NCBI RefSeq assembly: GCF_006345805.1
Contig: NC_043011.1
Location: 35,414,464 to 35,478,463 of the forward strand
Reading direction: 5' to 3'
Length of the DNA: 64,000 nt
DNA from: Octopus sinensis
Lineage: Eukaryota
Position 1 is the stretch's first letter; each line of letters opens with the position of its first letter. The position numbers and the translations under genes are program-made. Shown here in pieces: positions 24,620 through 35,165 of this stretch. The notes below the pieces were generated by a model that worked only from the letters and a program-made list of their open reading frames with translations, did not search any database and was not told the origin of the DNA.

Positions 24620-25035
24620 ATCTATCTGTCTGACTCTCTCTGCAACTTCCTTCATCTTTCTTAGTTCTTGCCTCCTACTTTCTCTCCTACTCTATATCAT
24701 TTTACTTAATCTCTCTCTTTCTCCTAATCTCTTCTCCCACACTCTCTATTATCTTGCTCTCTCCCACTCTTTCCAATTTCCCTCTCTCTCTTTCTCCTTG
24801 TCTTTCTCACTCTCTATCATCTTTCGCTCTCCCACTCTCTCTGACTTCCCCTCTCTCCTTGCCCTTATCTCCTCTCCTCCACTCTCTATCATCTTTCTCT
24901 CTCCTACTTTCTCTCTCTCTTTGTCTCTGTCCTTGTCTCCAACTCTCACACTTTCTATATTATTCTCCTCCCTCTCTCTCTTCCTCCATACCTCTTACTC
25001 TCCCCCCCCCCGCTCTCTATCGTCTTTCCGTCTCA
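24620..25035. repeat. Polypyrimidine (CT-rich) tract
   Basis: Direct reading. Confidence 0.85.
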
Positions 25036-25295
25036 AATACGACCCTCATCTTTCGACCATATAAAAGGACCACTACTTTGCCTTGACATCACATTGCATG
25101 TATATTCAGTGCTGTCGCTCTGCATGTTCTAGAAAACACTACTCCCGTCCCTCGGCTTCCAACATTTTCTATTGTGCTTCCAACAAGGCACTCTTCAACA
25201 TTGAAAAACATTGAATCTAACTCAAACGCATTAGAAAGGTTTATGTTAGGTTTGGAGAACTTCTTTTGAAATAACCTAACGACTGATAGATAATC

Positions 25296-25529
25296 TTGGT
25301 TGGTGCATAATTATTGCGGCTTTTTTTCAACAAATTTTATTTAAAAAAAAACAATAACATGTAACAAAAACATCTTTAAATGATTATCCCGGAGCATATT
25401 CACCATCTACTTCAATTACTGCTTCCCATTTGCTTGGCAGACGGTCAGACCGTCATTTAAAGATTTTTTTGTAAAATATTGTTATTGTTTTTGTTGAGAA
25501 AAAGCCGCAATAATTATGCACCAACCCAA
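25296..25529. mobile_element. Mariner-derived MITE (internal deletion derivative)
   Basis: TIRs ttggttggtgcataattattgcggc / gccgcaataattatgcaccaacccaa+TA; minus interior encodes DRLPSKWEAVIEVDGEY (mariner C-terminus). Confidence 0.9.
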
Positions 25530-25767
25530 TAGTAAGTACAAAGAATAGAAATAGCGGTAGAATCAGTTGTAGATGTAGCAATAGCAGTGGTTGTAGTATT
25601 TGGTAGTAGCTGTTGTAGTTGTTGCTGTTGCTTAGCTCCAGATCAGGCGTGATCCTGTAAACCTACGATAAAAGTTATTGTAACCATGACATTCCCAACA
25701 TATTTCCACACACAAACACACAGAACGGAATACATGGATGCGTGGCGTTCAATTAAATAATAATATA

Positions 25768-25798
<31 letters not shown>

Positions 25799-25802
<4 letters not shown>

Positions 25803-27257
25803 TCTTTTTCTCTCTCTCTCTCTCCTCCCTTATTCCACTTCCTTTCTTTCCCTCTCCATCCGTCTCCCCCCCCTTCTACGTTTCTCTATCTCTCTCACCT
25901 CCAGCCCCCTCGATCTGTCTCTTTCTTCTCCTCCCTCGTCCACCTTCTCTCCCTTTTCATCTGTCCCTTTCTCCTGTCTTTTGTTCTCACGTGACAGCTA
26001 GCCGCTGTTGAGCGCTCTTTTCGTTTTCAGCAGCCGCAGAAGCAACACGTAATTGTTCGTCTCCCAGTGGCCTTTAGGCACAACTTCACAAGCCAGCCCC
26101 ATACTCAAATCGTCCTGTCGAAAGACCCTTGTCCTACGTCCTGGTTTTGTTTTGTTGTTTATTTTTTATTTTTTCCGTTATTGTTTTTACGTTTTGTGTT
26201 TCTTATTGGTGTCACGTATTCTGTATTTTTGTTTGTGTACTTCGATCGTTTTCCGTCCTTTCGTTGTATACATTCGAAGCTTTCTTCCAGGGGATCTAAT
26301 GCGCTTGGCTTAGATTTCCCTTGGCGGGCTGGCCATATCGGAGCAATCTCAAGATTAATCAGCCGAAATTGCTAAGATGATCTGGTTCTTGACTGATGAC
26401 TGAGGGCTTCGAATGTCCCGTCCTGTGGTTCTTGTTCGTCTCTGTGGTGTTTCATGTTCTTGTCCATGTCTGTAATTAATTTTACTGTTTACCTATATAA
26501 TCGGCGGCTACGTATCCACAATTGTCCTTATACGATAAGTATATTTTTTCTCTAGCTTGATACGACTCTTAATCTGTCTCTTTTTCTCTCTCTCTCTCTC
26601 CTCCCTTATTCCACTTCCTTTCTTTCCCTCTCCATCCGTCTCCCCCCCTTCTACGTTTCTCTATCTCTCTCACCTCCAGCCCCCTCGATCTGTCTCTTTC
26701 TTCTCCTCCCTCGTCCACCTTCTCTCCCTTTTCATCTGTCCCTTTCTCCTGTCTTTTGTTCTCACGTGACAGCTAGCCGCTGTTGAGCGCTCTTTTCGTT
26801 TTCAGCAGCCGCAGAAGCAACACGTATTTGTTCGTCTCCCCGTGGCCTTTAGGCACAACTTCACAAGCCAGCCCCATACTCAAATCGTCCTGTCGAAAGA
26901 CCCTTGTCCTACGTCCTGGTTTTGTTTTGTTGTTTATTTTACCGTTATTGTTTTTACGTTTTTGTATTCTTATTGGTGTCACGTATTCTGTATTTTTGTT
27001 TGTGTACTTCGATCGTTTTCCGTCCTTTCGTTGTATACATTCGAAGCTTTCTTCCAGGGGATCTAATGCGCTTGGCTTAGATTTCCCTGGCGGGCTGGCC
27101 ATATCGGAGCAATCTCAAGATTAATCAGCTAAATTGCTAAGATGATCTGGTTCTTGACTGATGACTGAGGGCTTCGAATGTCCCGTCCTGTGGTTCTTGT
27201 GTCGTCTCTGTGGTGTTTCATGTTCTTGTCCATGTCTGTAATTAATTTTACTGTTTA

Positions 27258-27265
<8 letters not shown>
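25799..27265. repeat. Near-identical tandem direct repeat (~700 bp x2, 75-bp spacer)
   Basis: 25799-26499 and 26575-27265 differ by a few substitutions and short indels. Confidence 0.95.
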
Positions 27266-27309
<44 letters not shown>

Positions 27310-27538
27310 CCTGCTTGCTTAGCCAGCGGGGTGGCGTCATTCGAAGGCTAAAATAATGCGAGCGCATTGTGACCAGCGATGTGTAACAACATCTGATGAT
27401 CTGGTTGGTCACGTGATCACGTGATATCTATACATATATATGGTGGTGCTTCAGCACGACTGCAGGTACTTGGTTGAAACGCATAAATGCATATACATAC
27501 ATACATACATACATACATACATACGTATATATATGAAC

Positions 27539-28084
27539 ATATGGGTACAGTACGTCACCAACTGTGTAAACAACATGAAATACGAAAAAAAAAACGAGTT
27601 AAATACGCAAACAACGAGAGAAAAACATGGAAAACAGAACAAGTAAACACAAAGAACTCTTTTCCTGCACGGATGTTCAAAGTACTGGATGTTTTCTTTC
27701 TCTCTTCTATCTTTCCTCTTTTCAAAGAAAATATTTCTCCCAGCGTTCACTATTTTCCTCTCATTCTGGTCTAATACCTTTCATATTTGTTTCCGTTCGG
27801 TTTCCTTGTATGTCTCCACTGTCCTGTTTTTGTTCTCAGCTTTGACCCTCCATAAATCCAAAATTTTATTTTAGAAATTATGGGAGCAACTGTCTTCGAA
27901 GACTCATATTGTCGTTGAATGCTCGAAATGAGGAGTAGATAGATAGTCGACAACTGATGAGGGGTCGTGTTATCTGTGTTTAATTGTTCTGATTTCCATT
28001 TTTCTTTCGTTCTTTGCGTATTTAACACGTTTGTTTTCGTAGTTCATGTGGTTTACACAGTTGATGACATCCTGTATCCATATA
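27539..28084. mobile_element. Element with ~110-bp imperfect terminal inverted repeats inside a TA tract
   Basis: 27539-27651 is the reverse complement of 27975-28084 (roughly 85% by eye). Confidence 0.75.
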
Positions 28085-28116
<32 letters not shown>

Positions 28117-28214
28117 CTAACAATATAGGATGAAGTCCCTTTCTCTACAGAAAAAGGATTCCATCAAAAAGCGTGGCAGTATATTAAAAAAACCTTTACG
28201 GTTGAAGTATAAAC

Positions 28215-28450
28215 ATCTTATAATTAAGGGCTAAAGAGGGTTATTCTAAAGCCAATACGCTGATTTATCCACTTATAATCCACTTGTTACAAGAAAATTG
28301 AACTGAAAGCGGGCAACTAACCTTTAGAAAATTTAAATTCTCTAAAGGTTAGTTGCCCGCTTTCAGTTCAATTTTCCTGTAACAAGTGGATTATAAGTGG
28401 ATAAATCAGTGTATTGGCTTTAGAATAACCCTCTTTAGCCCTTAATTATA

Positions 28451-28454
<4 letters not shown>
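28215..28454. repeat. 240-bp palindrome with no spacer
   Basis: 120-bp arms centred at 28334/28335 (attt|aaat), 3 mismatches. Confidence 0.95.
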
Positions 28455-28503
<49 letters not shown>

Positions 28504-28504
28504 A

Positions 28505-29476
28505 ACAGGTCATCGCATGAGTTCTGTCCGATTTAACATTTTTTAAAACTGAATGAAATTTAATACTATTAAATTTCATTCAGTTTTAAAAAATGTTTCA
28601 GAATGTCTAACAAGATTAAAAACTATTTTTATGCATTTCTGTACATTTAAACTAATCAAATATTATTTTACAGAATAACAGAATTAAAATTTCTTTGATT
28701 AAAACCCTTTCTAACATGGAAGTATCCAAAGAGCATTTGAGGCACATAATGCTTTATGAGTACAAAAAAGGAACTCTGCAGCCGAAGCGACTCGAAACAT
28801 ACACTCAATTTATGGGAAAGAATGCTTGAATGAAAGAATTTGCAGAAGATGGTTTGCAAAATTCAGAAGTGGAGATTTCAGCCTTGAAGATGAAGATCGA
28901 ACAGGACATCCAGTTAAGTTTAATAAGCTCCTTGAGGCATTACTTGAAGAAAATCCTGCATTATCAGTTGAAGAATTGGCAATAAAGCTTAGTTCAAACC
29001 ATACAACTGTTCATCGTCATCTTCAACAACTTGGAAAGGTTCCTAAACTTGGGAAATGGGTGCCTCATGAATTGTCCGAAAGCAGCCGCGAATCCCGAGT
29101 TGACATCTGCTCTTCTCTCCATTCTCGCGAACTCATTTCACCCTTTTTGGATAGACTTGTGACTGGTGACGAAAAATGGATCTTCTATCGAAATGTTAAA
29201 CGTTGTAAACAGTGGATTGGTAAAAGGTACAAAGCTCAATCACAACCGAGAAGGGAACTTCACGGAAAAAGGTTCTTCTCTCTGTCTGGTGGGATTACAA
29301 AGGAGTAATTCACTTTGAATTCTTACCACCTAATGCAACAATCAATGCTCAAGTCTACTGTCAGCAATTAGAGCATTTGAACCAAGCTTTGAAGAAAAAA
29401 AGACCCGCTTTAGTGAATTGAAAAGGATTGATGTGTTCATCAGGACAATGCGCGACCCCACACTGCAAAGATCACA
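28505..29476 (+). mobile_element. Mariner transposon remnant with left TIR and 3'-truncated transposase pseudogene (ATG 28716)
   Basis: MEVSKEHLRHIMLYEYKK; RRWFAKFRSGDFSLEDEDRTGHP; WVPHELS; VTGDEKW; HQDNARPHTAKIT; TIR-like acaggtcatcgcatgagttctgtccgattt after TA. Confidence 0.93.
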
Positions 29477-29539
29477 TTATTATTATTATCATTATTATTA
29501 TCATCATCATCATCAACATCATCATTATTATTATTATTC

Positions 29540-29713
29540 AGGTCACTGCCTGGAATCGAACTCGGAATCTTGGAGTTAGTAGCCCACGCTCTTAACCACT
29601 ACTCCAAATGCCGGTTGTAATGGATTTCTGTTTAAGCCCACGGGCACATGGTGTAGTGGTTAAGAGCGTGGGCTACTAACCCCAAGATTCCGAATTCGAT
29701 TCCAGGCAGTGAC
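29540..29713. mobile_element. Head-to-head inverted pair of family G tRNA-like heads
   Basis: 29540-29612 (-) and 29642-29713 (+); A-box-like tggtgtagtggtt and B-box-like gaattcgattcc. Confidence 0.85.
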
Positions 29714-29753
29714 AGGAACACTTCGACACAGTCGAAGCGTTCCTGTCACAATC

Positions 29754-29796
29754 TGAACCCGATGAATGCTTAAATGCAAGAAAGTATACTAGTTCA
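29754..29796 (+). ncRNA. Type I hammerhead-like motif with U4C variant
   Basis: UGAAC-CCGAUGA-a-UGC(uuaaau)GCA-a-GAAA-GUAUAC-U-A-GUUCA; stem I 5 bp, palindromic stem III AGUAUACU. Confidence 0.6.
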
Positions 29797-30112
29797 ATGA
29801 GAATAGACATTTAATATTTCATTTGTTCAATAAGGCAATCAATACTTCATTTCCTTTCTTTCTTACTATATATTCTATGTTCTATATCCTATATTAATAT
29901 TATAAAGAATATAAATAAAACATAAAAAACAGAGTTGGAATTCTTTTGAGTAATATATTCTTCTAAACACAATCATACAAACCCCTTTGTATGTATGTAT
30001 ATATATATATATTCTTCTATTCTTTTCTTTTATTTGCTTCAGTCATTTGACTGCAGCCATGCTGTATATGTATATATATGTAGATATATATATATATATC
30101 TGTAAATGTAAC

Positions 30113-30689
30113 GTGACAATTATTCGGTATCCATGATAAAACTCCGAGTTTCGGATGTCGGGGTGGAAATCCACGCCGCCGTCTCTTCAGTTATCCGGCC
30201 ATCGGAAAAAATGCGATGAAAATGACCGTTAAACAAAAGGAAATTACTGTGTGATTGACCGTTATTAAGACAAAAGTGCTATTTGAATGACCGCTAAGTA
30301 AAGGGAAGGAGTAAAAATAAGGGGGTAAAAATGTACATAGTATTCGCCTAAGGGCACATGTCCATACCTACACAAGCGCGTCCGGTTACCCACCTACATG
30401 CGCCTGTAAGTATACACTCATCCACCCTCACTTGAAACGTATACATTCTCACCCACACCATTCGCCAAAAAATAAATATATATATACAATCCCCCCTCAC
30501 ACACGCACACCAAAAAGGTTCATACACACGTCTATATACGCACAAGCACAAGAAAAAACAGGGCTAAGGACAACAATGCAGAAAGTGTAAAGAAGTATAA
30601 AAAAGTAAGCAATAAGAGTAGAACACGTCTATATACGCCCATACACGCATAAACTCGGAGTTTTATCGTGGCTACTGAATAATTGTCAC
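30113..30689 (-). mobile_element. Penelope-like pLTR-derived fragment with inverted ends
   Basis: 30113-30150 is the reverse complement of 30651-30689; contains the hammerhead motif. Confidence 0.6.
30135..30195 (-). ncRNA. Type I hammerhead ribozyme candidate with intact catalytic core
   Basis: GAUAA-CUGAAGA-(stem II ~10 bp, loop AUUU)-GAAA-CUCGGAG-U-U-UUAUC; GUU cleavage triplet; near-palindromic stem III. Confidence 0.75.
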
Positions 30690-30870
30690 ATATCACATTT
30701 GCCGATAAATTCCTCTATTTACATAATATCGAGGTCTCTTTCATTCTTTTGTTGTCTTACCATTTCTATCAATATATGTATATACATGTATATATGTATA
30801 TGTGTGTATATATGTATATATATACGTATATATATATGTATATATGTATATATATATATATAATATATAA

Positions 30871-31020
30871 TAATAATATTAGGGAGTAAAACTCCAAACT
30901 TACAGGGAAAATTTCAATTTAGTATTAAATCAAATTTCACAATATAAATATATAAATATATATAAATTAGCGAAAAACCACTATTATGTAATGATAGACG
31001 TAAATCATACCATATAGAAA
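30871..31020 (+). mobile_element. Short repeat inserted in a TA tract (second copy inverted at 61820-61990)
   Basis: attagggagtaaactccaaacttacagggaaaa matches the reverse complement of 61930-61985. Confidence 0.65.
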
Positions 31021-31149
31021 AAATAAAATATATAAAACATTTACCTAGATCACAATAAAGTACATAATAATAAATAAACAGTATTTTCACACACATACAC
31101 ACATTGAGCGTGTATATATACATGTAAATGTGTGTGTGTTAGTGTGTAT

Positions 31150-31363
31150 GTGTGTGCATATATATAGGGAGAGTTTACGAAAAAAATCAAAAGACGAAGA
31201 CAGGTGGTGTACAAAAACAGATATATTTGTATAACGCTCAAGAATAGAAAAAGTCTTTTACGTTTCGAGCCTACGCTCTTCTACAGAAAGGGACACAGAA
31301 AAAACAAGGAGAGAAACAAGGAGAGAAAAAATGTGTGTAGTGTCTAACGATCTATAATGGCGA

Positions 31364-31370
<7 letters not shown>
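31150..31370 (-). mobile_element. ~210-bp hammerhead-bearing element (family H)
   Basis: Minus cuuu-CUGUAGA-a-GAGC(guag)GCUC-GAAA-CGU-A-aaagac at 31254-31290; homologous to 57080-57290 and 41660-41890. Confidence 0.75.
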
Positions 31371-31412
<42 letters not shown>

Positions 31413-32092
31413 ATGTGTGTGTGTTGGTGTGTGTGTGTGTATGTATGTATACACATACACAACAGTCTTCCATACTGTTTCCACCAACTAAATTTTCTCA
31501 CAAGGCATTGGACATCCTGGGACTGCACGGTGGTGGGACTGAAACCTGAAACCATGAATCTGCAAAAGTGAGTTCCTTAATCACACAATCACGGAGAAAT
31601 TACACGAATTGCTAACTGATAGCTTTCAGTTAAGTTCGCAAAAATTCTGAAAGCGAATCTAAATATTGAATGAACTACAGATGCAGCAAGTTTCTGTGCA
31701 AATTAATGCACTGTATAATTTGCACTTGCATGCCAAATTACGTAGACCGACATCTCTCGAAGCTAATGAACCAATGAGAGAAACTATAGGAAAATGAAGA
31801 TGGATTAAGCAGATATCTAGGGGGACGTAATTAATGTTGCGTGACAAACTGGAAATTGTCCGTGTGCCGATGGTTTTATGTATATTTATTGGATGGAATT
31901 CAGAGGATCCACGACCCCTGCACTTAATGAAAGACAAATACTCCTGACACTCAAAAGAATTTGTATATTCATTTCATTTTGAAGAGAAGCAGAGCACATG
32001 TAGAATATGGGGAAGATAATTAACCCCACCTCACACATGTGAGCGTGTATATATATATATGTGAATGTATGTTTGTGTGTGTATGTGTATGC

Positions 32093-32143
<51 letters not shown>

Positions 32144-32365
32144 AAGAGAGATATGCATTTCTATGTATTTATCTACCTACCTACCTACGTATCTACTTAC
32201 CTACCTTTCCATCTCTGTCTCTCTAGCTCTCTCTATCTCTCTGTCTCTCCATCTATCTATCTGTCTGTCAGTCTGTATCTATCTATCTTTTTTTTCTCTC
32301 TCTTTTCTCTTTCTTTCCCTTTCTTTTTCTTTCTCCTTTTCTTTCTTTGTCTTTCTCTCTATGTA

Positions 32366-32432
<67 letters not shown>

Positions 32433-33289
32433 CATACATACATATGTATCTATATGCATTTACGCATACATACGCATACATATGCATGTATACATAGATA
32501 TATACTTTATAAGGTTTTGCAAAAACTACTCACTATTCTCACTACATTCAAAGAAATATGTTTTTTTTTCTAAAGTTATTAACTATTTAAAAAATTCTTA
32601 AGAAACTGTATGTCATGACAGTTTTTGAAAAAAAAAAGTTTTCATATTGTACGTACTTTGTGTGTTAGTGCTTTTGTTGTTCAACTTTTCAAACACACAC
32701 ACATTCTGAACTAATCCATATAGAGGAAGTCGTTTTTAATAATGGTCCTGGATATCTCCGGTTTAGCTTTGGATTTAAAATTCATATAAAGCATTTTTCT
32801 TTTTGCATTTTGTAGTTGATCATATTAGTCATTTATTTTTTTTTTTAGAAAGTAATATTTTGAATTTTCCATTTGCACAAATCTCTAGCTGTTTACAATA
32901 TGAAACATTTCTAAGAGACGAATTTTTTAAATTTGCTGCTTGTTCACACTCATACAGTTGTTAAGTTCTATTCCTGTTTCTCCAATGTAATTCTCTTTGC
33001 ATTGAGGCTATGTAATGCGATGATATTTTATGTTTTGCCATTCAAGTTTGCCTTCACCTTTAATTCCTTCCCATTTTTGGAACATTTTTTCACACGTTCC
33101 ACAACAAAAGTCACCATAGTTTGTTACCTGAATTATTTCTTTCTCCAATGTGAGTCTCACCCTTGTTAGGAGTCTTTTGAAGTTTGGTGGTTGCCTTCTG
33201 CTGTTGATTTGTGATCCTTTAGTTATTTGTCAGGCTACATGTAGGATGTGGTTTCTAGGATTATGGTTGACTACAAACGAAATATTTGT

Positions 33290-33700
33290 GTTTCTGCTTT
33301 TAGTGTTACTTTTTACTCTTTTACTTGTTTTAGTCATTTGATTGCGGCCATGCTGGAGCACCGCCTTTAATCGAGCAACTCGACCCCGGGACTTATTCTT
33401 TGTAAGCCTAGTACTTATTCTTACGGTCTCTTTTGCCGAACCGCTAAGTGACGGGGACATAAACACACCAGCATCGGTGGTCAAGCGATGTTGGGGGGAC
33501 AAACACAGACATACAAACATACAGACACACATACATATATATATATACGACGGGCTTCTTTCAGTTTCCGTCTACCAAATCCACTCACAAGGCTTTGGTC
33601 GGCCCGAGGCTATAGTAGAAGACACTTGCGTAAGGTTCCACGCAGTGGGACTGAACCCGGAACCATGGGGTTGGTAAGCAAGCTACTTATCACACATCCG
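33290..33700 (-). mobile_element. SINE family B, full length
   Basis: Family consensus on minus. Confidence 0.92.
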
Positions 33701-33964
33701 CTCCCGCTGTATATTAATTTAAGGAATCTTGCAAGACCTTCCTTACTTTTGTTCCAAACTATGAAGCAGTCATTCAAGAATATTTTCCAGTTCCCTATTA
33801 AATAGAATTGGAAATGTTGATAAAATGTAATTCCAGACAGGGTATAGAATTTTCTTTCTGGTTTCCCCATCACTAGTTTCATGAACGTTTGTGCAACTGT
33901 CATTCCCATTACTGTGTCTTACATTTGTAGGTAATATCATTTATCCAATAAATAATTGTTTTTC

Positions 33965-34130
33965 TGGCTGTGTGGTAAGTAGCTTGCTTACCAACTACAT
34001 AGTTCCAGGTTCAGTCCCACTGCGTGGCACCTTGGGCAAGTGTCTTCTACTATAGCCTCGGGCCGACCAAAACCTTGTGAGTGGATTTGGTAGACGGAAA
34101 CTGAAAAGAAGCCTGTCGTATATATGTATG

Positions 34131-34188
<58 letters not shown>

Positions 34189-34395
34189 TGTGTCTGTGTT
34201 TGTCCCCCCAACATTGCTTGACAACCGATGCTGGTGTGTTTACGTCCCCGTAACTTAGTGGTTCGGCAAAAGACCCCGATAAAATAAGTACTAGACTTAC
34301 AAAGATTAAGTCCTGGGGGCGATTTTCTCGACTAAAGGCGGTGCTCCAGCATGGCAGCAGTCAAATGACTGAAACAAGTAAAAGAGTAAAAGAGC
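33965..34395 (+). mobile_element. SINE family B
   Basis: ggctgtgtggtaagtagc...gtaaaagagtaaaagag. Confidence 0.92.
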
Positions 34396-34762
34396 AACCA
34401 ATCGTAATCCTCTATGTATAAATTCTTTTGGGAATATTTCCTGAATTCATTGTGGTTATTTGTCTATCCAGAATTCTACTACTTTCAATCCTAATCCCTA
34501 GGGGATATTTGGGTAGATACTGATTACCTCAAAACTCACCCGGATCGTCCCTTTCTTTACTATTTCTGGAACGTGGTTTTAGGCAGTCCAGGTCATCTTT
34601 GACGAAACTAGGGATGGATTTGCATAGAGGTTTCAAACATGTTTCAAAGAAATTGCTTAATTTTTTGAGCGTTAGTTGTTGGCTCTGCAACAAATTGGAC
34701 ATTATTTTAGATCACATGGTTTAAAATTTTTCACATACGGTGTATGGGAGTTCTTCTTTAGT

Positions 34763-35165
34763 GGAGGCGCAATGGCCCAGTGGTTAGGGCAGCGGACTCG
34801 CGGTCGTAGGATCGCGGTTTCGATTCCCAGACCGGGCGTTGTGAGTGTTTATTGAGCGAAAACACCTAAAAGCTCCACGAGGCTCCGGCAGGGATGGTGG
34901 TGATCCCTGCTGTACTCTTTCACCACAACTACCTCTTTCTTTCTCTTTCTCCTTTATCTCCCCTACTTCCTGTTTCTGTTGTACCTGTATTTCAAAGGGC
35001 CGGCCTTGTCACTCTCTGTGTCACGCTGAATATCCCCGAGAACTACGTTAAGGGTGCACGTGTCTGTGGAGTGCTCAGCCACTTACACGTTAATTTCACG
35101 AGCAGGCTGTTCCGTTGATCGGATCAACCGGAACCCTCGTCGTCGTAACCGACGGAGTGCTTCCA
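34763..35165 (+). mobile_element. SINE family C, full length, with TSD
   Basis: Head ggaggcgcaatggcccagtggttagggcagcggactcgcggtc (TCG anticodon-like loop); atgggagttctt at 34744 and atgggaattctt at 35169. Confidence 0.92.

Noticed and set aside
23715-24620. 301-aa L/S-rich ORF
   Set aside because: Antisense translation of the GA repeat
26290-26420. Hammerhead in the tandem repeat
   Set aside because: CTGATGA and GAAA are present but no type I, II or III arrangement with valid stems and a UH site was found
27407-27426. Tandem CACGTG E-boxes
   Set aside because: Part of a SINE tail
29642-29713. Functional tRNA gene
   Set aside because: Acceptor and T stems do not pair properly; repeated as a dispersed head
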